Source: Somniosus microcephalus (lineage: Eukaryota). Taken from it: 64,000 nucleotides of DNA. Below are positions 40,101 to 48,299 of the stretch, in pieces. The stretch lies in contig CM126215.1 in assembly GCA_052327205.1 (NCBI GenBank), positions 77,686,001 through 77,750,000 of the forward strand. Reading direction: 5' to 3'. Position 1 is the stretch's first letter; each line of letters opens with the position of its first letter. The notes under the pieces are model-generated. The model was given only the letters and a program-made list of their open reading frames with translations. It did no database searches and was not told where the DNA came from. The position numbers and the translations under genes are program-made.

Positions 40101-43100
40101 GGGAAGTCTCTTCAGCCCATGGGAAGGGAAGAGGACCTCCCTGTGTGCTGTGACTCCCTCCATAAGCATATGGAGGGAGTTATGGCAGAGCCTGGGTACA
40201 GCCCTGCACCTCTGTGCAGTCATTGTCTGTGTTTGCAGCACCTCAATGCTGTAGAACACTGACAGTACAAATGTCAAAATAAAGTTGGCCGTGGTCCCTT
40301 TTAAGGAAACCAGCTGACGCATCATCAAATAACGTCACCAGACCCGCTTCTTCTAATTGGCCAGCAAACGTGCTGGGTGGCTTAACAAGCCCCATCAAGG
40401 TAAATTCATTTTGAGGCTGGGAAGGAGACGGCAGCGGGGTCTGGACCCGCCACGGACCCACCTGAGGTCAGCAAAATCGCAGCCATAGTCTGCTGGCAAT
40501 GGCTGGGATTAGACATGGAGAATAGTCACTTGGGCAAGATACCATAGTGCTCCTGGTATCTCCTGGAACTGCACCCTAGCAGTAGACCGAACTTCCTGCT
40601 GAACCCATACTCCCCAGTAAAGCTTCAAATTGGGATCCACATTGATCCGTTCTTAGCCATGTAGAGAGATGTTGTACTATGTGATGAAACTGAAACTTTG
40701 CATCCTGCACACAGGCTGGCAGAAGAAAACCAGTTGTTTAAAGATATTTTGTATGAGGATTGTATTTACTTTCTATGTTTTATCTAGTTACCATGTTTGG
40801 CTTCTAAGTAACACCACTGTCATTTATATCTTCAGTGCAATGTCATTCATATAGCATTGGTCATCTGATTTTCTTTACTGCCCTTGACAGAAATCCATTC
40901 AGTGGTCATTACCTTTTGTGGTGTTTGGCGTCGCCGGACTGCTAGCAGGAGTCCTTAGTTTGTTGCTGCCAGAAACGCTGAATCAACCTCTTCCAGAGAA
41001 GATCTCTGACCTGTACAGCGTCCCATATCACCAGCTTGAAGAAGAAGTAGTCTTGCTGCAGTCACAGGAAAATAGAATGGTACATAATCTGTGTGAAGAG
41101 AGATGCATACATAATTGTCATCTGTTATGTTCATGCCAGACTAAATCTGACAGCAACTCCACTTGAGCGAACTAGGCAGTTTGTTAAATCCCACTTTACA
41201 GAGCCTGATGTGATCAGTTTGCTGCTGCGGCAATGAACATCTACAGAATAAAAGTGGGAGAAAGTCTGTAGTAGTATTTTCTATTGGGTATCTCGGGGTA
41301 AATAAATAGTATTGTTCCTTTTATGTTAAAAGAATATTGTTTTTTGTAGCCTCATGACCATCTTCACCGTTTCTCACTGGAGCCACTCTGGTAACATTAG
41401 TTATGAGGAGGGGCTGCCTGACCCCAAAGTGCCTCTGTTCATTTCAACAGGGATCAGCATTTTGGATCACCCTGAAACACATTGTGTTTTGGAGTCACCT
41501 GGCCCAGAAAAAACACTACTGGTTAAATACTGTCACATATTGAGCTAGTACAGGGATTATTAGTATCTGGGAGCTCCTGATCATATCCCAAATGTGATTT
41601 TCTTTTGAATTGAGCTACTCTGGGACAAATGGCCCTTCCCATGCAGTGGCTGACGAGACAAGGAGATGTAATATGGGAGGTCATATGGCAAGATGACTAA
41701 ATCAATGGGATTTCAATGTGGAAAAATATACTTGCATTGTATTGAAATAAACATCATTTTGTTACATTGTATCACTGACTGACACAAAATACTCTTGCCC
41801 CACTTTGACCACACCACCATCCTCGGGCAACAATTTCTATTATTTTGTTTTAAAAAATTGAGACACTGGTGTCCATTAAATGCAGCCTCAAATTAGTCTC
41901 CCTGCTAGAGGCTGATCTATATAAATTTTAATGACTGATCATGTTCATGTATAGAGTGGGAACATGAAAGACTGTGCAAGTTTTACATACATATCAAATA
42001 CAGATGTTCTTGCCTTTTGTGAATTTAGACACTTTGCTGGGAATTTAAACAATAATGCCTGATGTGATGCATTTGATGTGAATGTATTGACGTTCTTTCA
42101 ACATTGTTTCTTTATTGCACAGCTAGATAACTGAGCATGAATGTGCAGAAATGTTTGAAAACTCATAACTTTAAATCTCTACATGTCCCTGGATGGCCTC
42201 TGCATTTATATGTATGTTCAGTGATGTATCTGCTTTAGATGATTTATTATAATTATATTTTAATCCATAATTAGCATAATCTGTGTAAAGGGTGAATGCT
42301 AATTGACCTCTAATAAAACAATCTGACTAGCTCTAATATAATATAATGACTGCCTTTTAGTGATTCCAAAACAGTAACTTCAGCTTGCTGTTCAGATAAG
42401 GTCCTATACAAGGCAAATGTGCATTTTGAAATCACTTTTGGTTTTCTTCAAATTGGCCACCTTGGTCAGACCATACTCTGCAACGACCTACAGCTTGTGA
42501 AATGCAGCTAATTGGGAGCACTTGACCAAAGGCTGAACCCAATCTTCTCTCATGTTTGTAGTTTAAAAGATTAAAGCACCATCTTCAGTGTTGAGTTGGT
42601 CCATTTGAAACAAAAAGCAGCAGTACAGACTTTTCCAAACGCTCTGGAAATCCTTATCCAAAAACAACCAGCGAGAGTGTCCCAACTAATGAGCTGCTTT
42701 TGTGATAAATGGTTTCAGTTATAAAATTTATTGCAACAAAAATGCAGCCTCTGTCATTGAATGGAAAATTACTGCTACAGGCCTAATTGAACCTAGTACA
42801 GTAGTAGGTGATCAAATGCTAGCATGTATAATTGCGATGAAAGCACGTCAGCCTATTGTTGATGCTGTGATTTCTATTCTGGGACAATAATGACTGACTT
42901 ACAAAGCCAAAATTTAGGAGGGAGGGAAAGAATGTAAGCAAGTAAATGAGGAAAAGTGTGAAAACCTCAGACGTTGAACAAAAGGATGGATATGGCAGAA
43001 TGATAAACAAATAAAGAAAACATTTTGTAGCTTTGGGAGAAAGAAATGTATAAAGTTGAATACATCTTCATTATCTGATCAAATAGATTACAGAATAACC

Positions 43101-44024
43101 ATTGTGGGTGCAAGTGTATGTAAAGATTTTCATTGGATTACATACTGTCTGCAGATCCAAGTGCACCACGCTCCTTTGTATAATCCACTCTCTATGCACA
43201 TAATTAAGAGTAGGTCATATGGCTCCTGAGCCTGCTTCACCATTCAAGATCATTTTTGACCTCCAACTCCACCTTCCTGCATTATCTCCATATCCCTCGT
43301 TTTCCCCTAGAGTCCAAAAATAGCTCCGCTTGAATATATTCAATAATTCAGCACCCACTACCCTCTAAGTGAAGAAATTCATCCTCCTCACTGGGCTGCC
43401 CCTTATCCTGAGACTATGCCCCCCTAGACTCTTCGGCCAGGGGAAACAACCTCTCAGCATCTACCTTGTCAATCCCCCTCAGAATCTTATATGTTTCAAT
43501 GAGATCATCTCTCATCTAAACTCAAGAGTATAGTCCCAATCTGCTCATAGGACAACCCTCACATCCCAGGAATCAATCTAAAGAACTTTTGTTGCACCGC
43601 CTCAAGGCAAATATATCCTTCCTCAGATAAGGAGATCAAAGCTGTACACAGTACTCCAGGTGTGGTCTCACCAAAGCCCTGTACAATTGTTGTAAGACTT
43701 TCTTACTCTTGTATTCTAACCCCCTTGCAATAAAGGCCAACATGCCATTTGCCTCCTAATTGCTTGCTGTACCTGCATGAATCAGTCTATTCACTAATCA
43801 GCTATGGTGGCCGCTGACCCCATTACTGTTTCAAACAAAGCCTAGACAAGTGGTTTGTGATTGTGATGGAAGGCAAGGGCAGTGAAAGTCACCTTTTCTC
43901 CAACTGATTGCAACTTATCTATTTTATTTACTTTCAGGGAAGTGATGTGAATCATGCAGGGGACAGTAATAGTGAGAATGAAGAGGATTGTGATGCTGAT
44001 GAAGAAACCACATTGATCAAATAA
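1021..44024 (+). CDS. SLC22A15: SLC22A15 solute carrier family 22 member 15, whole gene span (12 coding exons, spliced CDS 1635 nt, 544 aa)
   Basis: Twelve exons join in frame with consistent phases (84+213+133+165+130+213+141+86+121+73+189+87). The translation follows human SLC22A15 as I recall it from N-terminus ([17 protein letters not shown] vs MEVEEAFQAVGEMGIYQ) to C-terminus ([10 protein letters not shown] vs DADEETQMIK). MFS/SLC22 motifs present: [31 protein letters not shown]. Confidence 0.96.
1720..2430 (-). mobile_element. Degenerate L2-clade LINE fragment
   Basis: Minus strand encodes an RLDYSNALL-type C-terminal RT motif (gagcattggaatagtcgagtctag on +); the same motif recurs at ~23320. 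Confidence 0.65.
2700..3150 (+). mobile_element. CR1/HER1-type LINE 3' fragment
   Basis: [15 protein letters not shown]-type coding remnant plus the tail gatcagccatgatc...ggctcgaggggctaaatggactactcctgttcctat. Confidence 0.8.
3407..3619 (+). CDS. SLC22A15: SLC22A15 exon 2 (FFVAAQAVF...FSSVVSE; extracellular loop with NAT/NES/NKS sequons)
   Basis: Acceptor tttccttctctag|, donor GAG|gtaggt, 213 nt, open frame. Confidence 0.95.
3908..4040 (+). CDS. SLC22A15: SLC22A15 exon 3 ([12 protein letters not shown]...[15 protein letters not shown])
   Basis: Acceptor ttgacag|, donor ACAG|gtatgg, 133 nt, MFS motif A. Confidence 0.95.
5139..5520 (-). mobile_element. RTE (BovB-like) LINE 3' fragment
   Basis: Minus strand reads [31 protein letters not shown] across frameshifts, typical of the RTE ORF end. 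Confidence 0.75.
5870..6034 (+). CDS. SLC22A15: SLC22A15 exon 4 (GLIIDIIFG...[31 protein letters not shown])
   Basis: Branch-like ccctaac, acceptor tcctag|, donor CTG|gtaaga, 165 nt. Confidence 0.95.
6307..6690 (-). mobile_element. CR1 LINE 3' fragment
   Basis: KIRGH/LPREW-type remnant and CR1 tail on the minus strand. Confidence 0.7.
7245..7374 (+). CDS. SLC22A15: SLC22A15 exon 5 ([11 protein letters not shown]...[12 protein letters not shown]...)
   Basis: Acceptor ttttcttcctag|, donor TTT|gtaagt, 130 nt. Confidence 0.95.
8379..10890 (-). mobile_element. Long degenerate CR1 LINE, interrupted at ~8548-8926 by a GG-ended DNA-transposon remnant
   Basis: ORF-track remnants [17 protein letters not shown] and [15 protein letters not shown]; KFADDTKLG-type sequence at ~9450-9470; many disablements. 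Confidence 0.75.
11433..11710 (+). mobile_element. CR1/HER1 LINE 3' fragment
   Basis: [12 protein letters not shown] remnant and standard tail. Confidence 0.8.
12768..12980 (+). CDS. SLC22A15: SLC22A15 exon 6 (GIPESPRWL...[18 protein letters not shown])
   Basis: Acceptor tttttgcag|, donor GTG|gtacgt, 213 nt, PESPRWL motif. Confidence 0.95.
13795..14177 (+). mobile_element. Deu-domain SINE (SacSINE1-like), interrupted at 14001-14074
   Basis: agatctcatggcactattggaagaagagcaggg central domain and tail cattacaacagtgactacacttc...aaaggtgctatat. Confidence 0.7.
15252..15587. mobile_element. Tigger/pogo-like (Tc1-mariner) MITE, copy 1
   Basis: TA|CAGGAAACTTT...AAAGTTTCCTG|TA: terminal inverted repeats and TA target duplication. 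Confidence 0.85.
15808..15948 (+). CDS. SLC22A15: SLC22A15 exon 7 ([13 protein letters not shown]...[17 protein letters not shown])
   Basis: Acceptor ttcccattag|, donor TTG|gtgagt, 141 nt. Confidence 0.95.
16112..16470 (-). mobile_element. CR1/HER1 LINE 3' fragment
   Basis: ORF 16168-16419 [32 protein letters not shown] and tail. Confidence 0.85.
16976..17295. mobile_element. Tigger/pogo-like MITE, copy 2, inserted in an old Deu-SINE (~16685-17400)
   Basis: TA|CAGGAAACT...AGTTTCCTG|TA; the internal sequence closely matches copy 1 in the same orientation. Confidence 0.85.
17866..17951 (+). CDS. SLC22A15: SLC22A15 exon 8 ([28 protein letters not shown]), ending at a GC donor
   Basis: Acceptor catttag|. 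The end at AAG|gcaaga is required for phase and homology with exon 9; 86 nt. Confidence 0.9.
18010..18470 (-). mobile_element. Degenerate L2-clade LINE fragment
   Basis: ORF 18242-18436 [23 protein letters not shown], typical of the L2 RT thumb region. Confidence 0.75.
19442..20242 (-). mobile_element. Solo LTR (801 bp, ERV-like), antisense in intron 8
   Basis: Termini TGATGTAAG...CTTACTTCA; exact 4-bp TSD CTGC (19438-19441, 20243-20246); minus-strand AATAAA at 19538-19543 and TATAA at ~19611. Confidence 0.85.
20522..20948 (+). mobile_element. tRNA-derived SINE with A-rich tail
   Basis: A-box tagcatagtgg, B-box gagttcaaatcc, LINE-like 3' end cccacatcccatgaacgaataaa and poly(A). Confidence 0.8.
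22669..22832. mobile_element. hAT-like MITE inside an L2 fragment
   Basis: TIRs CAATGTTCCC...GGGAACGTTG; degenerate 8-bp TSD ttggtggg/ttcgtgga; related to 58315-58485. Confidence 0.65.
22946..23296 (+). mobile_element. HE1-like V-SINE with CR1/HER1-derived tail
   Basis: A-box tggcatagtgg, B-box ggttcaaatcc, V-domain gtttgcgtgggtttcctcc...cacagtccaaagatgtg; tail nearly identical to that of the CR1 at 44745-45292. Confidence 0.85.
24487..24607 (+). CDS. SLC22A15: SLC22A15 exon 9 ([40 protein letters not shown])
   Basis: Acceptor cttttccag|, donor CAG|gtaagt, 121 nt, ELYPT motif. Confidence 0.95.
25553..25625 (+). CDS. SLC22A15: SLC22A15 exon 10 ([24 protein letters not shown])
   Basis: Acceptor tctcccacag|, donor CTG|gttagt, 73 nt. 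Confidence 0.95.
26370..27010 (+). mobile_element. Degenerate L2-clade LINE fragment
   Basis: [17 protein letters not shown] and [13 protein letters not shown] motifs in different frames. Confidence 0.8.
28139..28487 (-). mobile_element. Deu-domain SINE (SacSINE1-like), near full length
   Basis: Minus strand: ggctcagtgatagc A-box, gggttcaagcccc B-box, agatctcatggcacgattttgaagaagagcagggg central domain. Confidence 0.8.
31507..32268. mobile_element. Non-autonomous GG-ended DNA transposon (Harbinger-like)
   Basis: TIRs GGCCCGTAACTTGCGGT...ACCGCAAATTCCGGGCC, AT-rich core, CpG-rich arms. Confidence 0.75.
34644..35359. mobile_element. Non-autonomous Harbinger-like element
   Basis: GGCTCGGATTTTCCGG...CCGCAAATTCAGGCCC ends; internal blocks shared with 53993-56419 and 54899-55632; internal hairpin 35101-35138. 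Confidence 0.7.
36137..38092 (-). mobile_element. Internally deleted CR1/HER1 LINE (ORF1 esterase fragment fused to RT and 3' end)
   Basis: ORFs with [50 protein letters not shown]; 37735-38092 carries [21 protein letters not shown] (SGNH-like ORF1). Confidence 0.9.
38870..40484. mobile_element. Internally deleted PIF/Harbinger transposon with Myb/SANT-like ORF remnant
   Basis: Degenerate TIRs. Minus-strand ORF 39858-40328 contains [30 protein letters not shown]...AWLHIAEE...[13 protein letters not shown] (trihelix Myb/SANT pattern). Confidence 0.75.
40891..41079 (+). CDS. SLC22A15: SLC22A15 exon 11 ([13 protein letters not shown]...[13 protein letters not shown]...QENRM)
   Basis: Acceptor cccttgacag|, weak donor ATG|gtacat, 189 nt. 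Confidence 0.92.
43206..43780 (-). mobile_element. CR1/HER1 LINE 3' fragment
   Basis: [15 protein letters not shown]-type sequence (gtacacagtactccaggtgtggtctcaccaaagccctgtac on +) and tail. Confidence 0.8.
43938..44024 (+). CDS. SLC22A15: SLC22A15 exon 12, coding part ([28 protein letters not shown])
   Basis: Acceptor tactttcag|, acidic tail matching the mammalian C-terminus, TAA at 44022-44024. Confidence 0.92.
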   Translation, partial: GSDVNHAGDSNSENEEDCDADEETTLIK

Positions 44025-44744
44025 CACTAGAAGAATATTCTACAAACCAGCCTACAATTCAATGAGAATGCAATAGCTGTTAGCAGCACTTTATTTAGAT
44101 TTTTCCAGTTTACTGGTATCCATACATACCCAGCTTTATTTCTTGAAATGTGCAGTAGTAACTGGGATGTTATGGGCACTACTACATTCAGGATATTTGC
44201 AAGATATAACCAGTCAGCGACATGGCTGTTTCTGATGGTGCAATATTTCAGGGTTGTCTATAATCCCATTTTATAAGTGAATTTTATAGCAGAAGTTGAT
44301 TTATTTTAATGGTACTGGTATTTCTGATCATTCTGAATCTTGAGTGTTTTATTAGGTAAAATCATGATAAATTTGTTGATATCCAGCCTCCTTTTTCTGC
44401 ATGTCAGTTTGGTTTGATTGATCGTGCTCATCTCTGACTTTAGAAGATTGTTGGTTCCAGCCCCACTTCAGGACTTGAGCACAAAATCAAGACTGGCACT
44501 TGTGTCTGAAATGGTTTTTGGGTTTCAGGAAAATGTTAAAGCCACTATTGCACTAGTGGAAGACAAACAGGGAGTTCTTCTTGTGTCCTGGCCAACACTC
44601 GCGTTGATCCTCAACCAACATTGCTAAAAAAAACGATTAACTGATCATTCATCTGATTTGTACGGTCTTGCTGTACACAAAAGAGCTGTCAGGTTTGCCT
44701 ATATTACAACAGTCACTGTACTTTGAGTGATTTATTAATTTCCA

Positions 44745-45292
44745 CATTGTGTGCAGTTTTGGTCGCCTTATCTGAGGAAGGATGTTCTTGCCATGGAAGG
44801 AGTTCAGTGAAGATTCACCAGGCTGATACCTGGGATGGCAGGAATGATGTATGAGGAGAGATTGGGTCGATTGGGCTTATACTCGCTGGAGCTTAGAAGA
44901 ATGAGAGGGGATCTCATTGAAACTTATAACATTCTGACAGGACTGGACAGACTAGATGCAGGAAGGATGTTCCTGATGGTCGGGGAGTCCAGAACCAGGG
45001 GTCACAGTCTAAGGATAAGAGGTAAGCCATTTAGGACAGAAATGAGGAATTTCTTCACCCAGAGAGTGGTGAACCTGTGGAATTCTCTACCACAGAAGGT
45101 AGTAGAAGCCAATTCATTAAATATATTCAAAAAGGAGTTGGATATATTTCTTAAGGCTAAAGGGATCAAGGGGTATGGGGAGAAAGCAGGGACAGGGTAC
45201 TGAATTTGGATGATCAGCCATGATCGCATTGAATGGTGGAGCAGGCTCGAGAGGCCGAATGGCCTACTCCTGCTCCTATCTTCTATGTTTCT
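44745..45292 (+). mobile_element. Young 5'-truncated CR1/HER1 LINE inserted into a Deu-SINE (~44455-45345)
   Basis: ORF 44835-45203 is nearly identical to ORF 36224-36679; SINE sequence resumes on both sides. Confidence 0.9.
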
Positions 45293-46021
45293 ATAATTCA
45301 TTCTATGTAAAATGCTTTAAGATGTGATGAGATGCTATATAAAAAGTTTTTTTACTTTTGCTTTCGACTTCCTTAAAGTCCTCCAAGGTGATTGCTGGGC
45401 AAACTTCTACCTAATTTTGGTGGGAGGGGTGGGGTTTATATTTGTTCGAGAGATGTGCAATGCTGGCAAGGACACATTTATTGTCCATAATTGCTTTGAG
45501 AAGGTAATGATGAAAAAATAGTTTTTGTGCTGATTAAGTTCAGAGATTGGTGCTGAAAATGGAATATGTACAAATTTGTCTTCCAATATCAGCATCAAGT
45601 ACTCAGATTAGGTACACTGTGGTCCAATGCATAGTAAAAGTCCTCCTGCTCTGACCCAGCCCCAAAAGAGTACTTGCATTGTATCACAATTTTTTCACTT
45701 CACTCGGTAGCCAATCTTATGATTTACTTAGTTAAATTGTCAGTGCCAAATTATGCTGGGATGCTGGTAGTTTGGTGCTGCAGGTCCAAGCCCATTCGGG
45801 AACTGGGTTAAGATCACCCAAACCAGCTTCATGAAGCAAATAACACTGGCAAAAAGGAAACACTTCTATTAACCCATGCTGAATTCAACCAGATCCCAGC
45901 AATGAAAAGAGAATTTCTCTGAATCACCTTGTCTACCTAAGCACATTTGCTGTTTACAACCTTGAAAACAGGATGGATGGGGTTGAGTTTAGAATTCTGA
46001 ACCTAAACAGCATTGTTTGCA

Positions 46022-46380
46022 GAAATAACAACAGAAAATGCTGGAAAAACTCAGCAGGCCAGGCAACATCCATGGAGAGAAATTAGAGTCAACGTTTCGG
46101 GTCAAAACCCTTTATCAAGACTAAAGAGGCACAGGGAATGAAATAGATTAAGAGGCCAGGCTGGGAGAGAACAAAAGAGAAGAGACATTAAGAGGTATTC
46201 AAAACGAGACATCTCTTAATCTATTTCATTCCCTGTGCCTCTTTAGTCTTGATAAAGGGTTTTGACCCGAAACGTTGACTCTAATTTCTCTCCACGGATG
46301 TTGCCTGGCCTGCTGAGTTTTTCCAGCATTTTCTGTTGTTATTTCGGATTTCCAGCATCTGCAGTATTTTGCTATCGTAC
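46022..46380 (+). mobile_element. Penelope-derived fold-back element 1 (133-bp inverted arms, 58-nt spacer, 3' tail)
   Basis: 46022-46154 is the reverse complement of 46213-46345 with 1 mismatch. The right arm resembles the 3' end of the Penelope at 48300-48858. Flanking repeat TTGTTTGCAGA. Confidence 0.85.
46245..46280 (+). ncRNA. Minimal type I hammerhead ribozyme motif, U3-A8 variant (mirror copy 46087-46122 on minus)
   Basis: AGTC-TTGATAA-A-GGGT(TTTG)ACCC-GAAA-CGTT-GACT: stem I AGTC/GACT, stem II, palindromic AACGTT stem III. Confidence 0.65.
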
Positions 46381-46616
46381 TGTTGTTTGCAGAGTTCACT
46401 TATCCTAGTCTAGTGATTTATTAATTTAAGGCAGAAGTTCCTAAACATTTTTTTGCTACATTCCCCTTCACAGATTGATGTCCCATTCTTTCTAAGAAGC
46501 AATATTTTTGCATTGGACAAGAGGATTTTATTTTCTCGGTTAACATAGCATTGATTAAGACAGAAAGCAATACTGATAGCACAGTTCTAGCAAACAGGCT
46601 CACTGAGACAATGGTG

Positions 46617-46714
46617 AGTCATCAAGTGTTCTTTTATGTTCAAGTTTGTTCAGTAGCACACTACCAATACTACACTACTGAATAAACCTGAACATAAAAG
46701 AACACTTGGTGACT
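46617..46714. repeat. 40-bp inverted repeat with 18-nt loop
   Basis: 46617-46656 vs 46675-46714, 37/40 complementary; weaker pairing extends outward to ~46587/46753. Confidence 0.9.
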
Positions 46715-48023
46715 ATCCTTGGTCCCGTTGAGTAGGATGAGCGTGTTTGTTAGCACACAGTTTGTGAAATCTCAATTTGGAGTTTCAACTGCAAATCAGT
46801 CTCTACATTCAAATGGTTTCTATACTTGTTTATGATGTAAGTAAGCAAAGAAAAACCCACTTCACACAGATACGTTGAGGCAAAGTGAACAAGTATTTCA
46901 AAGGCTCTTTAGAATAACTCTGGGAACTCTTTTCGAATTGAGAGCCAAAACTGTGATGAAGAGGCATAGCTTCAAACTATCTCTTAAAACAGTCACCAGA
47001 ATCATTGATTAAATTCTCTTTTAGATTCATAGCAATCTTTGCTACAAAGTCCTCTGAAAACAGATTTTGAACTCAGGCAAAATCCTACAATTTATTTGCC
47101 TCTCTTTTGGGAAAATATTTGCTGAATTTTGCGCAAAAGCTGAGACAGATGCTCCAGAATTACACCTCTAACCACTACGACCAACATTTGACTCTCGATA
47201 ATAGAAGATAATAGTTACATTGTTTGCAGCACATAACTACACCATAGCAAAAGTGTTTTTGTAATGTTCTATACTGTTTCATGCATAATGAAAATGTTAC
47301 CATTCTTACCTTGCAAAGAAATGTCAAGTTCATGGAGTTTGTCAATTATGTTGGTCAAATAGCCCAGTAAAATCTGGAAGTGGTAATTGAGCAAGTGATG
47401 GTGGTGATTCAAAATCGCTCAAAAACATGGCACTCCTCCCTCTGTTTGCAGATTCATGCCAAAACTTTACCACGTGACTGTCTGAACCAGAAGTTGCTGG
47501 TGCACTGGGGCTGGAGTACTGAAGTGCCTTTTCTGGTGCAATGGGACCCTCCCTGCATATGCTAATGACCCTCATCCCTGTAATTTTGAACAGATCCTGG
47601 AGATCTCTGCGCAGGTGGACTTAGCTCTGCCAGTCTTCTGTTGGTGGAATAGCCCGAGCAAAATATGAAGGACTCTATTCTGTTCTCGGCTTACAGTAGA
47701 CTAGAACCGCTTAGTTAGGACTGAGTTCAGGGAGTATTTATTTGATCCCTCTAGAATGTTCATGGGGCCCCATTCCTATAGCAAGTTCAGACCAAATTCT
47801 TAATGGGAATACCAAAGTGCCTACCCAATTGATCCCTTTTATTATTTGTATTATGTGTACTGATTTCAATTAGAGGTAAGGTATCCTGTATGTTTTCATA
47901 AACTGTTAACTTATTTTGGAATTGGAACTAGTTTTTGAGGTTACAAGGCTTTGTAAAATTTATTGTACATGTGTGTATGTATGTATATATGTGTATATAT
48001 ATACTAATCCAGATCATACTGGA

Positions 48024-48089
48024 AATAAATAAAAATTCTACACTATTAATCTTAAATTTTTGTTTGCTGTGAATATTTCTTCCAATAAA
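48024..48089 (+). terminator. Candidate distal polyadenylation signals of SLC22A15
   Basis: AATAAATAAA at ~48024-48033 and AATAAA at ~48084, preceded by U-rich TGTA-containing sequence typical of 3' UTR ends; no transcript evidence. Confidence 0.4.
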
Positions 48090-48299
48090 ATTCACGAATG
48101 AACCAGTTGAAAAATTGCCATACACATTGCTTAAATTGATTCTGTAGTATCCAAAGAACATATGTATCTGGCAGAATCTGCAGGCAGTCCAGTCCACTAA
48201 CTATACTGTAGATAATGACGGTCGAATACATTAAATCCATTGGGCGATTGTTGTGTTCGGCTTTAGTCATGCAACATAGCTAAGAGCAATACCTATGCA

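Noticed and set aside
44835-45203. 122-aa ORF downstream of the stop as an extra SLC22A15 exon or small gene
   Set aside because: It is the C-terminus of CR1 ORF2, repeated several times in this window.
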